The position numbers and the translations under genes are program-made. The notes beneath the pieces are model-generated. The model was not told where the DNA came from. It saw only the letters and a list, made by a program, of their open reading frames with translations, and did no database searches. Positions 55,171-63,482 of a stretch of DNA of 64,000 bases are shown in pieces. The stretch lies in assembly GCA_001786955.1 (NCBI GenBank), contig MFUM01000001.1, forward strand, positions 410 through 64,409, read 5' to 3'. Source of the stretch: Candidatus Nomurabacteria bacterium RIFCSPHIGHO2_12_FULL_42_19 (GTDB taxonomy: Bacteria > Patescibacteriota > Minisyncoccia > Phycocordibacterales > UBA9973). Every line of letters starts with the position of its first letter. Position 1 is the stretch's first letter.

Positions 55171-56100
55171 CTACTTATTGTGTTTGTTTTTTTGCCACTC
55201 TTCTACCAACACCAGTAGTGGTGAGGCTAGAAAAATTGAAGAATAAGTTCCGAAGAACATTCCGGCAGTCAGCATAAGAGCAAAATATTTCGTTGAAACA
55301 GGACCAAAGAAAAACAAAGCCAGAAGCACGAGAATAACCGTAAATGAAGTGCAGATAGACCGCACATATGACTGCTCCAGACTTTTGCCGACTATTTCAC
55401 TAAAATCCGCCTTGGCTGTGGCTGTCTGATTCCTTAAATTTTCCCTAATCCGATCAAAAATAACTATCGTGTCGGAAACAGAAAGACCAAGAATAGTAAG
55501 AACCGCAACGACAAAAAGAGTGTCCAGTTCCGCGCCATAATAATGGGAAAGCATGACAAATAGCCCGACAGGAATAGTCACATCGTGTAAAAGCGCGACA
55601 ATGGCGATAAGGCCATATTTCCAGGAAGCCACGCCCTGGCGACCCGTGGCGGAACTCGAGATTTTGCGAAAAGCAAAGGCAATAAAACAAATAATTGCGA
55701 GCGAAATCAAAATAACCGCCAAGATTGCTTTTCTGGTAAGTTCGCGCCCAATCGAAGGTCCAATGGAATTAAAACTCATTTCAGTTGGAATATTTTTATC
55801 TTGCAACGAGAGCACTTTTAAAAGTGAATAGTGTTCGGCATCATTTAAATCACGAGACTTTACAATATAACCAAGTTCGCCGGTTGGTTGCAAAAGAATG
55901 GAGCCAAAATTGAGAGTTTCTAAATTTGAATATAAAACTTCTTGTGTTGGACGTTCCGTTTGATAAACAATTTCGGTCAATGCGCCGCCTTTGAAATCAA
56001 TGCCAATATTTAGCCCGAAGACAAGCAAAGAAACAAAGGAAAGAATAACTAAAATTATTGATATGCCAATGAATATTTTTTTGTATTTTATTATAAACAT
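55171..56100 (-). CDS. secF: Protein translocase subunit SecF
   Basis: GIDFKGG, IGPSIG.EL, HDV, SVSDTIVIFDRIREN. Confidence 0.95.
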   Translation of the reverse strand: MFIIKYKKIFIGISIILVILSFVSLLVFGLNIGIDFKGGALTEIVYQTERPTQEVLYSNLETLNFGSILLQPTGELGYIVKSRDLNDAEHYSLLKVLSLQDKNIPTEMSFNSIGPSIGRELTRKAILAVILISLAIICFIAFAFRKISSSATGRQGVASWKYGLIAIVALLHDVTIPVGLFVMLSHYYGAELDTLFVVAVLTILGLSVSDTIVIFDRIRENLRNQTATAKADFSEIVGKSLEQSYVRSICTSFTVILVLLALFFFGPVSTKYFALMLTAGMFFGTYSSIFLASPLLVLVEEWQKNKHNK

Positions 56101-56136
56101 TTTAGTTGAAAGTTTTTAAAGTTATTTTTCATAAAG

Positions 56137-57498
56137 TTATTTTGAAATCCCACTGGAAAACAAAAATCTGGCAACCTTTCCTTCTCCCATAAAAACAAGC
56201 GCCGAAAGAAAAATCCGGGTAATCGTAATCGCGCTGAACATTGATACAATAACTCCCATGCCGAGCGTCAATGCAAAACCTTTAATCAGGGATGTGCCAA
56301 ACCAGAAGAGAATGAGAGCAGTGATGAAATTTGAAATATTAGAATCCCGGATAGAAAACCAAGCCCGGGAAAAACCGGTGGAAACTGCGTCGGCAATGCT
56401 CCGGCCGGAGCGCAATTCTTCCTTGACACGTTCAAAAATAAGCACGTTCGCGTCAACCGCTATGCCGATAGAAATTATAAATCCGGCGATACCGGCGGCT
56501 GTCAGCGTGACCGGCAAGAGCTTGAAGAGCGCCAATATTACAGAGATAAAAATACAGAGAGAAAGAGCGGCAATCAGTCCCGGCAAACGATACAGAAGAA
56601 TCAGGAAAAGAACTACCAGTAAAAACCCGACAAATGCGGCCTTGACTCCGGCATTTACCGCATTATCCCCTAAAATAGCGCCAATGGTTTGGGTGGAAAG
56701 AAGGGCTATCGGCACCGGCAGAGCTCCGGAATTGAGTCTGCCGACAAGCGTCTTCGCTTCGGTCGGGGTAAAGCTCCCGGAAATCACCGCCTGACCATTG
56801 GGAATTTCTTCCCGGACGACCGGAGTGGAAATAGGAGCGCCGTCCAGATAAATCGCCACCATTTTGCCAACATTGTCTTTGGTAATTTGGGCAAAAAGTT
56901 TCGTGCCAACATCATTAAACTGCAAATTTACTTGCGGTTCGCGGGTATTTGCATCAAATTCCAAAGTCGCTTTTTGCAAATATCGGCCGGTAAGCTCGGT
57001 GGAAACAAATTGAGAATTCACATCCAGGGTCACTTTGCCGTCTTTATCCACGGTCGCAGTTTGCGGGGTGTCTTTAGGCGCCTCGGTTTTGAACTCAAGG
57101 AGCGGGGTCTGTCCAATCATGTCTATCGCCTGCTTTACATCGGTCACGCCGGGAAGATCAACTATCAGCTGTTCCCCTCCGCCGGAAACAAACCCGCCAT
57201 GCTGAACCTGCACAACCGGCTCGGAAACTCCGAAAATATTTATGCGCCGCTCGATTACATCGCGGAGCGCGGACATTGAATCGCCCACTTGGCCAGCCGG
57301 AACCAAAGAGGTGTCGGCTTTATAAATCAAATGACTGCCTCCGGAGAGATCAAGCCCCAGACGGAAAGGATGGTTTTTAAAAAATGATTTTTGAGTTTCA
57401 AAATTTTTGTTCAGTTTAGGCTCGGATTTAAAGACAAAAAAAGCCACTCCCGTGCCCAGTAAAAGCATAACAACAGATAAAATCAATTTCTTAATCAT
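56137..57498 (-). CDS. secD: Protein translocase subunit SecD
   Basis: LGLDLSGG, GVSEP, VDANVLIFER. Confidence 0.95.
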   Translation of the reverse strand: MIKKLILSVVMLLLGTGVAFFVFKSEPKLNKNFETQKSFFKNHPFRLGLDLSGGSHLIYKADTSLVPAGQVGDSMSALRDVIERRINIFGVSEPVVQVQHGGFVSGGGEQLIVDLPGVTDVKQAIDMIGQTPLLEFKTEAPKDTPQTATVDKDGKVTLDVNSQFVSTELTGRYLQKATLEFDANTREPQVNLQFNDVGTKLFAQITKDNVGKMVAIYLDGAPISTPVVREEIPNGQAVISGSFTPTEAKTLVGRLNSGALPVPIALLSTQTIGAILGDNAVNAGVKAAFVGFLLVVLFLILLYRLPGLIAALSLCIFISVILALFKLLPVTLTAAGIAGFIISIGIAVDANVLIFERVKEELRSGRSIADAVSTGFSRAWFSIRDSNISNFITALILFWFGTSLIKGFALTLGMGVIVSMFSAITITRIFLSALVFMGEGKVARFLFSSGISK

Positions 57499-57513
57499 AA
57501 ATATAAAGATATT

Positions 57514-58056
57514 CTATATTTTTTTTCCAAAATAAGCAACTAAATATGCAACTACGGCGCCGAGAATAAAACCGCCAAAAATGTCAATTGGAAAATGCAC
57601 TCCGGCAGTTATACGAGCCAGGCCGATCAAGAGGGCGAAAAGCATAAAAATATATCCGACCTTCTTATGCAGAAAGAAAATGGAGAAAGCCAGAGCGGAG
57701 AAAATTGAAGCATGAGTAGAGGGAAAAGCATATTCTTGATTTGGATTAAAAAGAGGCGATATTTTACTAAATTGCACAAAAGAACGATCTATGTGGATTA
57801 TTTCTTTTAAAATTGTAGCAATTAAAAATGCAAAGAACGCTGGACCAAAAACTACTAGGGAATTTAAAATTAATTTTTTTATAACTATCTTATTAAAATT
57901 TTCCCTCTTGTAAACGCCAGAATGGTAAAGCAGAAATACTCCGACACTAAAAAGAATTGCCAATGGAAAATAAACGGCAAAAAAAACAACCAGCTTGTCA
58001 AAAAAACCCGACTGGTGAGTAAAATTATAAAAAAAGAAAAAGATTTGATTGTTCAT
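57514..58056 (-). CDS. PAP2 family phosphatase
   Basis: K....R, FPSTH, ARITAGVHFPIDI. Confidence 0.88.
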   Translation of the reverse strand: MNNQIFFFFYNFTHQSGFFDKLVVFFAVYFPLAILFSVGVFLLYHSGVYKRENFNKIVIKKLILNSLVVFGPAFFAFLIATILKEIIHIDRSFVQFSKISPLFNPNQEYAFPSTHASIFSALAFSIFFLHKKVGYIFMLFALLIGLARITAGVHFPIDIFGGFILGAVVAYLVAYFGKKI

Positions 58057-58931
58057 TTTGATTCTGCAGAATCATGCCGCGCAATGTCCGTTAAAGCGTG
58101 GCGCTTCGCTACCGTGAGCACATTATTTAAAAGCATGGCTACGGTGACGGGCCCTACTCCCCCGGGCACGGGCGAAACATATCCGGCGACATTTCGGACC
58201 GATTCCAAATCAACATCGCCGACAATCCCGCCATCTGATTCGGAAGTGCCTGCGTCTATTAAAACCGCTCCCTGCTTAATCATATTGCCGGTAATATATT
58301 TACCCTTTCCTATGCCGGAAATTATAACATCCGCCTGCTGCAAAAGCCGTTCTTTATTTTCTGTCTTGCTATCAATCGCAAGATAAGTCAGTCCCCGGGA
58401 ATGTAAAAGCTCAGCCGTCGGCCGTCCCACCAGCTCCCCTTGCCCCAAGACGACAATGATTTTGCCTTTCAAACTCAAACCAAGCGAATCAAGAAGCGCC
58501 ATGCAGGCGAGGGCCGTTGGATACACCAAATCCGTTCGGCTGTCGTAATTTTTGTAAAACTTTTCACTTGCGGAAATGCCCAAACAATCAACATCCAGGC
58601 GCGGATTAATGCTGTCGAGTATGGCTCTCTTGTCGATTGACTTGGGCAACGGAAGCTGGACGATAATCCCGCACATATTTGGAATTTTGTTTAAAATTTT
58701 TATTTCTTTTATGAGTTCTTCGGTTGTAATAGATGCGGGGAAATTTGCTTTATGGAAACGGATGCCGACCGTTTCGGCGGTTCTCGCTTTCATCTTTACG
58801 TATTGCACCGATGCCGGGTCGTTACCCACTAAGACATCGCAAAAAACCGGTTCAAAAGGCAAAAGAGTCACTTCACTTTTGACCTTGGCTAAAATCTCTC
58901 CGCGCAATTTTCTCCCGTCAATTATGTACAT
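58053..58931 (-). CDS. folD: Methylenetetrahydrofolate dehydrogenase/cyclohydrolase
   Basis: GIIVQLPLP, DVD, VGDVD, SPVPGGVGPVT. Confidence 0.95.
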   Translation of the reverse strand: MYIIDGRKLRGEILAKVKSEVTLLPFEPVFCDVLVGNDPASVQYVKMKARTAETVGIRFHKANFPASITTEELIKEIKILNKIPNMCGIIVQLPLPKSIDKRAILDSINPRLDVDCLGISASEKFYKNYDSRTDLVYPTALACMALLDSLGLSLKGKIIVVLGQGELVGRPTAELLHSRGLTYLAIDSKTENKERLLQQADVIISGIGKGKYITGNMIKQGAVLIDAGTSESDGGIVGDVDLESVRNVAGYVSPVPGGVGPVTVAMLLNNVLTVAKRHALTDIARHDSAESK

Positions 58932-58995
58932 TAGGTTTTAGGTTCTAGAGTCTAGGTTCTAGCATTTTTTCACTAGCACCTAGAAACTAGCACCT
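58932..58995. repeat. Degenerate heptamer tandem repeats (TAGGTTC/CTAGCAC) in inverted arrangement
   Basis: taggttt taggttc tagagtc taggttc tag ... ctagcac ctagaaa ctagcac. Confidence 0.55.
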
Positions 58996-59007
58996 CGTTA
59001 ACTAATT

Positions 59008-60123
59008 CTAAGCCCCTAAAAATTCATTCCGCATATCGTCCCGATGCGCCGGCCTGCTATATTTGCGCATGCTCATCAGGATTCCCAATCCCATAAACTC
59101 GGTTAATAAATGCGAACCGCCATAACTCATAAATGGGAGAGGAATGCCGGTCACCGGCATCAATCCTAGATTCATGCCGATATTTACGAGTATATGGCTC
59201 ATAAAAAAAATAGCAACGCCCATGCCGAAAAGTATTTCAAAATTAGACGCGCCTAAAGACGCGGAGTAAAGAATCCGCCAGATTACCAGGCTGTAAAGCA
59301 GGAGAATTAAAAACGAGCCGACGAAACCCCATTCTTCGGCATAAGCGGCAAAAATAAAATCGGACTGGGGCACCGGCAGAAATTTTAATCTTGACTGCGT
59401 TCCAAAACCCAGGCCTTTGCCCGTCCATTGCCCCGAGCCGACGGCGATAGTTGATTGAAACACGTTGTAGCCTGTTTTATGAATATCAGCCGAGGGATTA
59501 ATAAAATTATAAATACGGGCTTTTTGATATGGCGCAAAAGCAAAAAACCAAAATGACGCGAAAATCACCACGCCCGAAATAAGAACTAAAAATAAATGAA
59601 GCTTGGAAATTCCAGAAACAAGCACCATTCCCAGCCAGATAAAAAGTATAATCATTGCCGAGCCGAAATCGGGCTGAAGCAAAACCAGGATTAAGGGCAT
59701 CAATGCATAAAATCCGGAAATAAAAATATGCTTAATATCCCTGATTTCCACATGGCGGCGGGAAAAATACTTGGCCAAAACTAGAACTAATACCAATTTC
59801 ATCATATCAACCGGCTGAAAAGAAAAAAAACCAAAATTAAACCAGCTTTTATGCCCAAAAAAAATAAGCGTCAATAAAAGAAAGGAAAGAAAAAGGAATA
59901 AAAATACCAATACGTTTGTGCGTTTTAAAAAGCGAAAATCAATGAAAGAAAAAATAAAAAAAACAGCAAAAGAGAGTGCAACCCAGATAATCTGTTTACT
60001 GAAAAAATCATTGGAAGATTCCAGCGGCGCAAAAGATTTCATTGTGACAAGCCCTCCCGCAATTATCGGAAGAATGAAAAAAACAAGCATCCAATCTATT
60101 CTTTTTATAGCCTTTTCCGCCAT
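59008..60123 (-). CDS. rodA: SEDS family rod shape-determining protein RodA
   Basis: FQP.D..K, QPDFGSA, DFIFA..AEEWG, TGIPLPFMSYGGS. Confidence 0.88.
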   Translation of the reverse strand: MAEKAIKRIDWMLVFFILPIIAGGLVTMKSFAPLESSNDFFSKQIIWVALSFAVFFIFSFIDFRFLKRTNVLVFLFLFLSFLLLTLIFFGHKSWFNFGFFSFQPVDMMKLVLVLVLAKYFSRRHVEIRDIKHIFISGFYALMPLILVLLQPDFGSAMIILFIWLGMVLVSGISKLHLFLVLISGVVIFASFWFFAFAPYQKARIYNFINPSADIHKTGYNVFQSTIAVGSGQWTGKGLGFGTQSRLKFLPVPQSDFIFAAYAEEWGFVGSFLILLLYSLVIWRILYSASLGASNFEILFGMGVAIFFMSHILVNIGMNLGLMPVTGIPLPFMSYGGSHLLTEFMGLGILMSMRKYSRPAHRDDMRNEFLGA

Positions 60124-60126
60124 AAT

Positions 60127-60918
60127 CTAATTCAATTGCACGGAGAAAATGTCATACATCGGAATTATTTCTTTGGCAACCACGGCGCCGGTCAGCGGTT
60201 CCGGCCAGGTAAAATTAATATCGGCATTTTCCAGCGGAGCAAGCTGGCTCAAATAAGTGCGGCTGGCGGAAAGGGCGTTACCTGAGTTGTCATATAAAAT
60301 CACGACTACGCTTACGTTCGGAATGGTGAAAAGCGAATTATTTTTTATCGTAGCCGAAAGCCTGGGACTCGCCGCCTCGTTTGCAAGTTGGATATTTGAG
60401 ACCAAGACTTTGACTTGGTTGATTTTTTCCTGCGAAACTTGAAGCCAGACAGGCGTTTCGGTAAATTCAAAAGTTACATAAACAGGAATGGAATTCCCGA
60501 TATCTATTCCAGGCTCAAAGACGGCGAAGGCGCTGGCCGGAGGAATGAAAGTGCTGCCCTCGCGCTTGCCTATATAAACATTATCCTTGTCGGCAAAACG
60601 GAATTTGTAATTTACTTTTTTGACCGCGGTATTTTTATTGTGATTTACCAGATAAGCGACGGCGTTATAGCGTCCGGGAACCACCTTAAAGGCGCGGGCC
60701 CAGAGAGTTGAAACCGCGTCCACTTGCGCGACGCATGCCCTGGCGCACGAGCCTCCGCAGTCTGTGCCGGTTTCATTTCCATTCTGCTTATTGTCTGCGC
60801 AAGTCGGCGCCTTGCTCAAGCTGGGAGAAATTATTAAAAATCCGAATACTGCAAAGAATAAAAAGAGAATAATTATATAAAAAATCTGCCTCTTAAAAGC
60901 CCAGGTCATAAGTGCCAT
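60127..60918 (-). CDS. Conserved hypothetical membrane-anchored protein
   Basis: TM helix then CADNKQNGNETGTDCGGSC Cys motif and beta-rich domains. Confidence 0.75.
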   Translation of the reverse strand: MALMTWAFKRQIFYIIILFLFFAVFGFLIISPSLSKAPTCADNKQNGNETGTDCGGSCARACVAQVDAVSTLWARAFKVVPGRYNAVAYLVNHNKNTAVKKVNYKFRFADKDNVYIGKREGSTFIPPASAFAVFEPGIDIGNSIPVYVTFEFTETPVWLQVSQEKINQVKVLVSNIQLANEAASPRLSATIKNNSLFTIPNVSVVVILYDNSGNALSASRTYLSQLAPLENADINFTWPEPLTGAVVAKEIIPMYDIFSVQLN

Positions 60919-60960
60919 AAGGATATAATACCACTAAAAATATAAAAATAAAAACACTCT

Positions 60961-61003
60961 AAAAAAGTGCGAGCCCAGCTGTCCATAGGGACGAGCCGGG
61001 CTC
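60961..61003 (-). terminator. Intrinsic terminator
   Basis: gagccc...gggctc stem followed on the minus strand by gcacTTTTTT. Confidence 0.6.
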
Positions 61004-61047
61004 AAGCGAACGATATTACAACATCGCTAGGAGGAGTACAACTCCTC

Positions 61048-61302
61048 CTAGAACGACGAGTGCGAGGAGCAAGTCGGCTCGTCGCACCTTCCGGCTTCGT
61101 GCCATGCTCTCTCCTCTAGTAAGGCGTGTTCCCGCGCCTTACGGGTTTTTGCTTCCAGCTTGCGCCGGACGCGCCAGTACCACGCCATGAGATCCTGCCG
61201 CGGTGCCTGAGTTCTGGCTTTCATGCGGACCGTCCAGTAGGGCCGCGGTCCGAACTTGAGAAGAACGAAGGCAAGAACGAAACTAAGTGCGAACAACAGC
61301 AT
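61048..61302 (-). CDS. Small GC-rich protein, hydrophobic N-terminus and cationic body
   Basis: GGAGG SD 7 nt upstream; own promoter and terminator. Confidence 0.5.
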   Translation of the reverse strand: MLLFALSFVLAFVLLKFGPRPYWTVRMKARTQAPRQDLMAWYWRVRRKLEAKTRKAREHALLEERAWHEAGRCDEPTCSSHSSF

Positions 61303-61421
61303 GTTAGTGCCTCCAAAAAACGAGGAACGAATTCAAGGGGAGGAGGTGCGTACCTTTGTGTATCTGCCGCAGCAGACCACTACCCAAGGATAACACCCCG
61401 CACCATCCTCCTTAGTTTTAT

Positions 61422-61502
61422 ATCATACACTATTTTACATAGAAAGTCAAGCCAAGAAAACCCATCAAAAAAGCCATATAATATGGCTTTTTTGATGGGT
61501 TT
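61422..61502 (-). promoter_or_regulatory. sigma70 promoter with an adjacent 22-bp perfect inverted repeat
   Basis: TTGACT (61450-61445), 17 nt, TATGAT (61427-61422); aaacccatcaaaaaagccatat-a-atatggcttttttgatgggttt at 61458-61502. Confidence 0.7.
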
Positions 61503-61517
61503 ATGGAGCTTGGTATT

Positions 61518-61674
61518 AAAAAAACGCAGCCCGGTTCGCAAAAGCGAATCGGGCGCAACAAGATGAAAAGACAAGACAATGAACTGACAGAGAAGGGGGG
61601 TGAACCCGTGCTGGCTCCCGCTGGGAAAGGCCCGAACACAGGCACGCTCCTCCGCGACGCACACCCCTTCTCCC
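61518..61674 (-). ncRNA. Putative ~155-nt structured small RNA
   Basis: TTAACT-17-TATAAT (61709-61681); 5' GAGAAGGGG pairs with CCCCTTCTC; ends in a GC hairpin plus T7. Confidence 0.5.
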
Positions 61675-61705
61675 AAGCCCATTATAAGTCAATTTATTTA
61701 AAAAG

Positions 61706-62029
61706 TTAAGCGGCTTTGGCTTCGCTCTTGGTTAGTTTCTTTCGCATGTAGGATAAAAGTTTTCTTGCAGTATCAGCTTCTTTTAAATTGGCCAAAACTT
61801 GTTCTTGTCTTTCAACATCATTAATATGAAACATCCCCATTTGGAAGCGCTGAAAGAAAACCATATCTTCTTCAGTTAGTTCTTCAAAATTGAGAGAAAG
61901 CAACATAGGGTCATTTTCTTTAATGGCAAAATCGCGAAAATATGCACGAAAAGTTCTCAGGCGAGAAAGCGCCTGTTCCTCAGGGTCTTTTATTTGTGAC
62001 GGTGTTTTTAATCCTATTTTATTTTCCAT
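61706..62029 (-). CDS. Hypothetical protein
   Basis: 107-aa ORF with TATAAT just upstream of the ATG. Confidence 0.7.
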   Translation of the reverse strand: MENKIGLKTPSQIKDPEEQALSRLRTFRAYFRDFAIKENDPMLLSLNFEELTEEDMVFFQRFQMGMFHINDVERQEQVLANLKEADTARKLLSYMRKKLTKSEAKAA

Positions 62030-62120
62030 ATTTATAAATTATACCATGGCAATTGTTGGATTCGTTATTTCGCCAGATGTAAGAAGAAATTTCATGGTAT
62101 TAGTATATCAAAATCAACAT

Positions 62121-62167
62121 AAAAAGAGCGAGCCCGGGTGCTTCGTCGAAAACGAAGTCCGGGCTCA
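62121..62167 (-). terminator. Intrinsic terminator similar to the one at 60961
   Basis: gagcccgg...ccgggctc stem followed on the minus strand by gctcTTTTT. Confidence 0.6.
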
Positions 62168-62293
62168 TTTGAAACGGCGCCCAAAGCGCCGACGAGTCAG
62201 CCTGTAATAGGCTACGACTTTACCTGCAATCCACTCCGCCCTTTTCGGACAGAGAACAGAAAGCAGGAGGAACAGAGCGGAAAAGCTCGGCAT
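62165..62293 (-). CDS. Small 42-aa hydrophobic/cationic peptide (not in ORF track)
   Basis: AAGGAG SD; MPSFSALFLLLSVLCPKRAEWIAGKVVAYYRLTRRRFGRRFK*; stop lies in the terminator stem. Confidence 0.5.
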   Translation of the reverse strand: MPSFSALFLLLSVLCPKRAEWIAGKVVAYYRLTRRRFGRRFK

Positions 62294-62367
62294 TGATCAC
62301 TCCTTCAGTTAATAAATTAACACAAGGAAATCAGAAAAGCAAAAAAATCCCTCGCTAACATTCGGGG

Positions 62368-63030
62368 TTATTTATTAAAAACGAGATATTCCCCTTCACC
62401 GACAACTTCTGTTTTTCCGTCTACCACTTTTATAGCCATTTGGTCATCTATCGCATAAATAGTTTGCGGAATCCTGACAGCTATTTCTTCCACAATTTCT
62501 TTGCGAGAATGCGGAGAACTAGAAGAGTTTAAATGCGGCCGAACACAAAAATCAACAAAGCCAAGCCCTGTATTAGTTTCATATCCAAATTGTTTTTTAT
62601 AACGTAAGGCTTTTTCTGCATTAGCTGTATCAAGTGTTGGGCCCGTCACAATACTCCCTGCACTAACCCCCACATATACTCTTGTTTTCAAAAGTTCCGG
62701 CAGTATTTTTTTTAATCCGGATTCTTCCAGCCAACGCATCAAGTGTGACGTATTTCCGCCAGAGAAAAATAAAATATCTGCTGCCTCAAGTCGCGGTTGC
62801 CAGATTTCTCTCGGTAATGCTGAAATATCTACTATATCTATATTCTTAAATTTTTGCTGCTTAATTTGCCACAAATTATCAATAAACCAGCCCATATCAA
62901 CCGTAGGTATATTTGCCGCGGTAGGAATAAAAGCCAATTTTATTTCACTCGCCGGCTTACCCACCAAATCAAGTAGCGCTTGGGCAAGCGTTTTATTTTT
63001 TATTCCCGCTGATGTAAGAAGAAGTTTCAT
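62368..63030 (-). CDS. Peptidase S51 (dipeptidase E)-like, class I glutamine amidotransferase fold
   Basis: LLLTSAG, FIPTAA, SGGNT, GVSAGS, RPH. Confidence 0.88.
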   Translation of the reverse strand: MKLLLTSAGIKNKTLAQALLDLVGKPASEIKLAFIPTAANIPTVDMGWFIDNLWQIKQQKFKNIDIVDISALPREIWQPRLEAADILFFSGGNTSHLMRWLEESGLKKILPELLKTRVYVGVSAGSIVTGPTLDTANAEKALRYKKQFGYETNTGLGFVDFCVRPHLNSSSSPHSRKEIVEEIAVRIPQTIYAIDDQMAIKVVDGKTEVVGEGEYLVFNK

Positions 63031-63090
63031 GTGCAAATTATAGCAAAAAACCAGCAAATATTCATTTACTATTGGTTAGATTAAATCCTT

Positions 63091-63202
<112 letters not shown>

Positions 63203-63255
63203 AAACATTTAATATTTTGTGTTTGTTTTTTTATTTTTTGTGGTTTCCAAATTTC

Positions 63256-63482
63256 TTAACAGGAATCGAAACATTAGTACTTCTCAGCTTAACGCATTAC
63301 TGCGCTTATACTTAAAGCCTATCAACCTGATCATCTCTCAGGGTTCTTAACGATTCCTAATCTTGAAGCTGGCTTCCCTCTTAGATGCTTTCAGAGGTTA
63401 TCCAATCCCGACATAGCTACCGAGCATTGCCCTTGGCAGGACAGCTCGTACACCAGAGGTCAGTTCACTTCGGTCCTCTCGT
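63256..63482 (-). rRNA. rrl: 23S rRNA, 3'-terminal exon (3' end approximate)
   Basis: ACGAGAGGACC (sarcin-ricin loop 3' half), CTGGTGTAC, GGATAACCTCTGAAAGCATCTAAG. Confidence 0.95.

Noticed and set aside
322-60711. Numerous short antisense or alternate-frame ORFs in the track (e.g. 322-714, 15701-16258, 56258-56794, 56689-57279)
   Set aside because: They overlap well-supported genes and show no recognisable motifs.
61518-61674. SRP RNA (ffs)
   Set aside because: The conserved helix-8 motif was not found on either strand; kept as an unknown RNA.
61126-61709. Overlapping ORFs 61126-61566, 61380-61682, 61430-61645 and 61503-61709
   Set aside because: They run through promoters, palindromes and terminators; open frames are expected by chance in GC-rich structured DNA.
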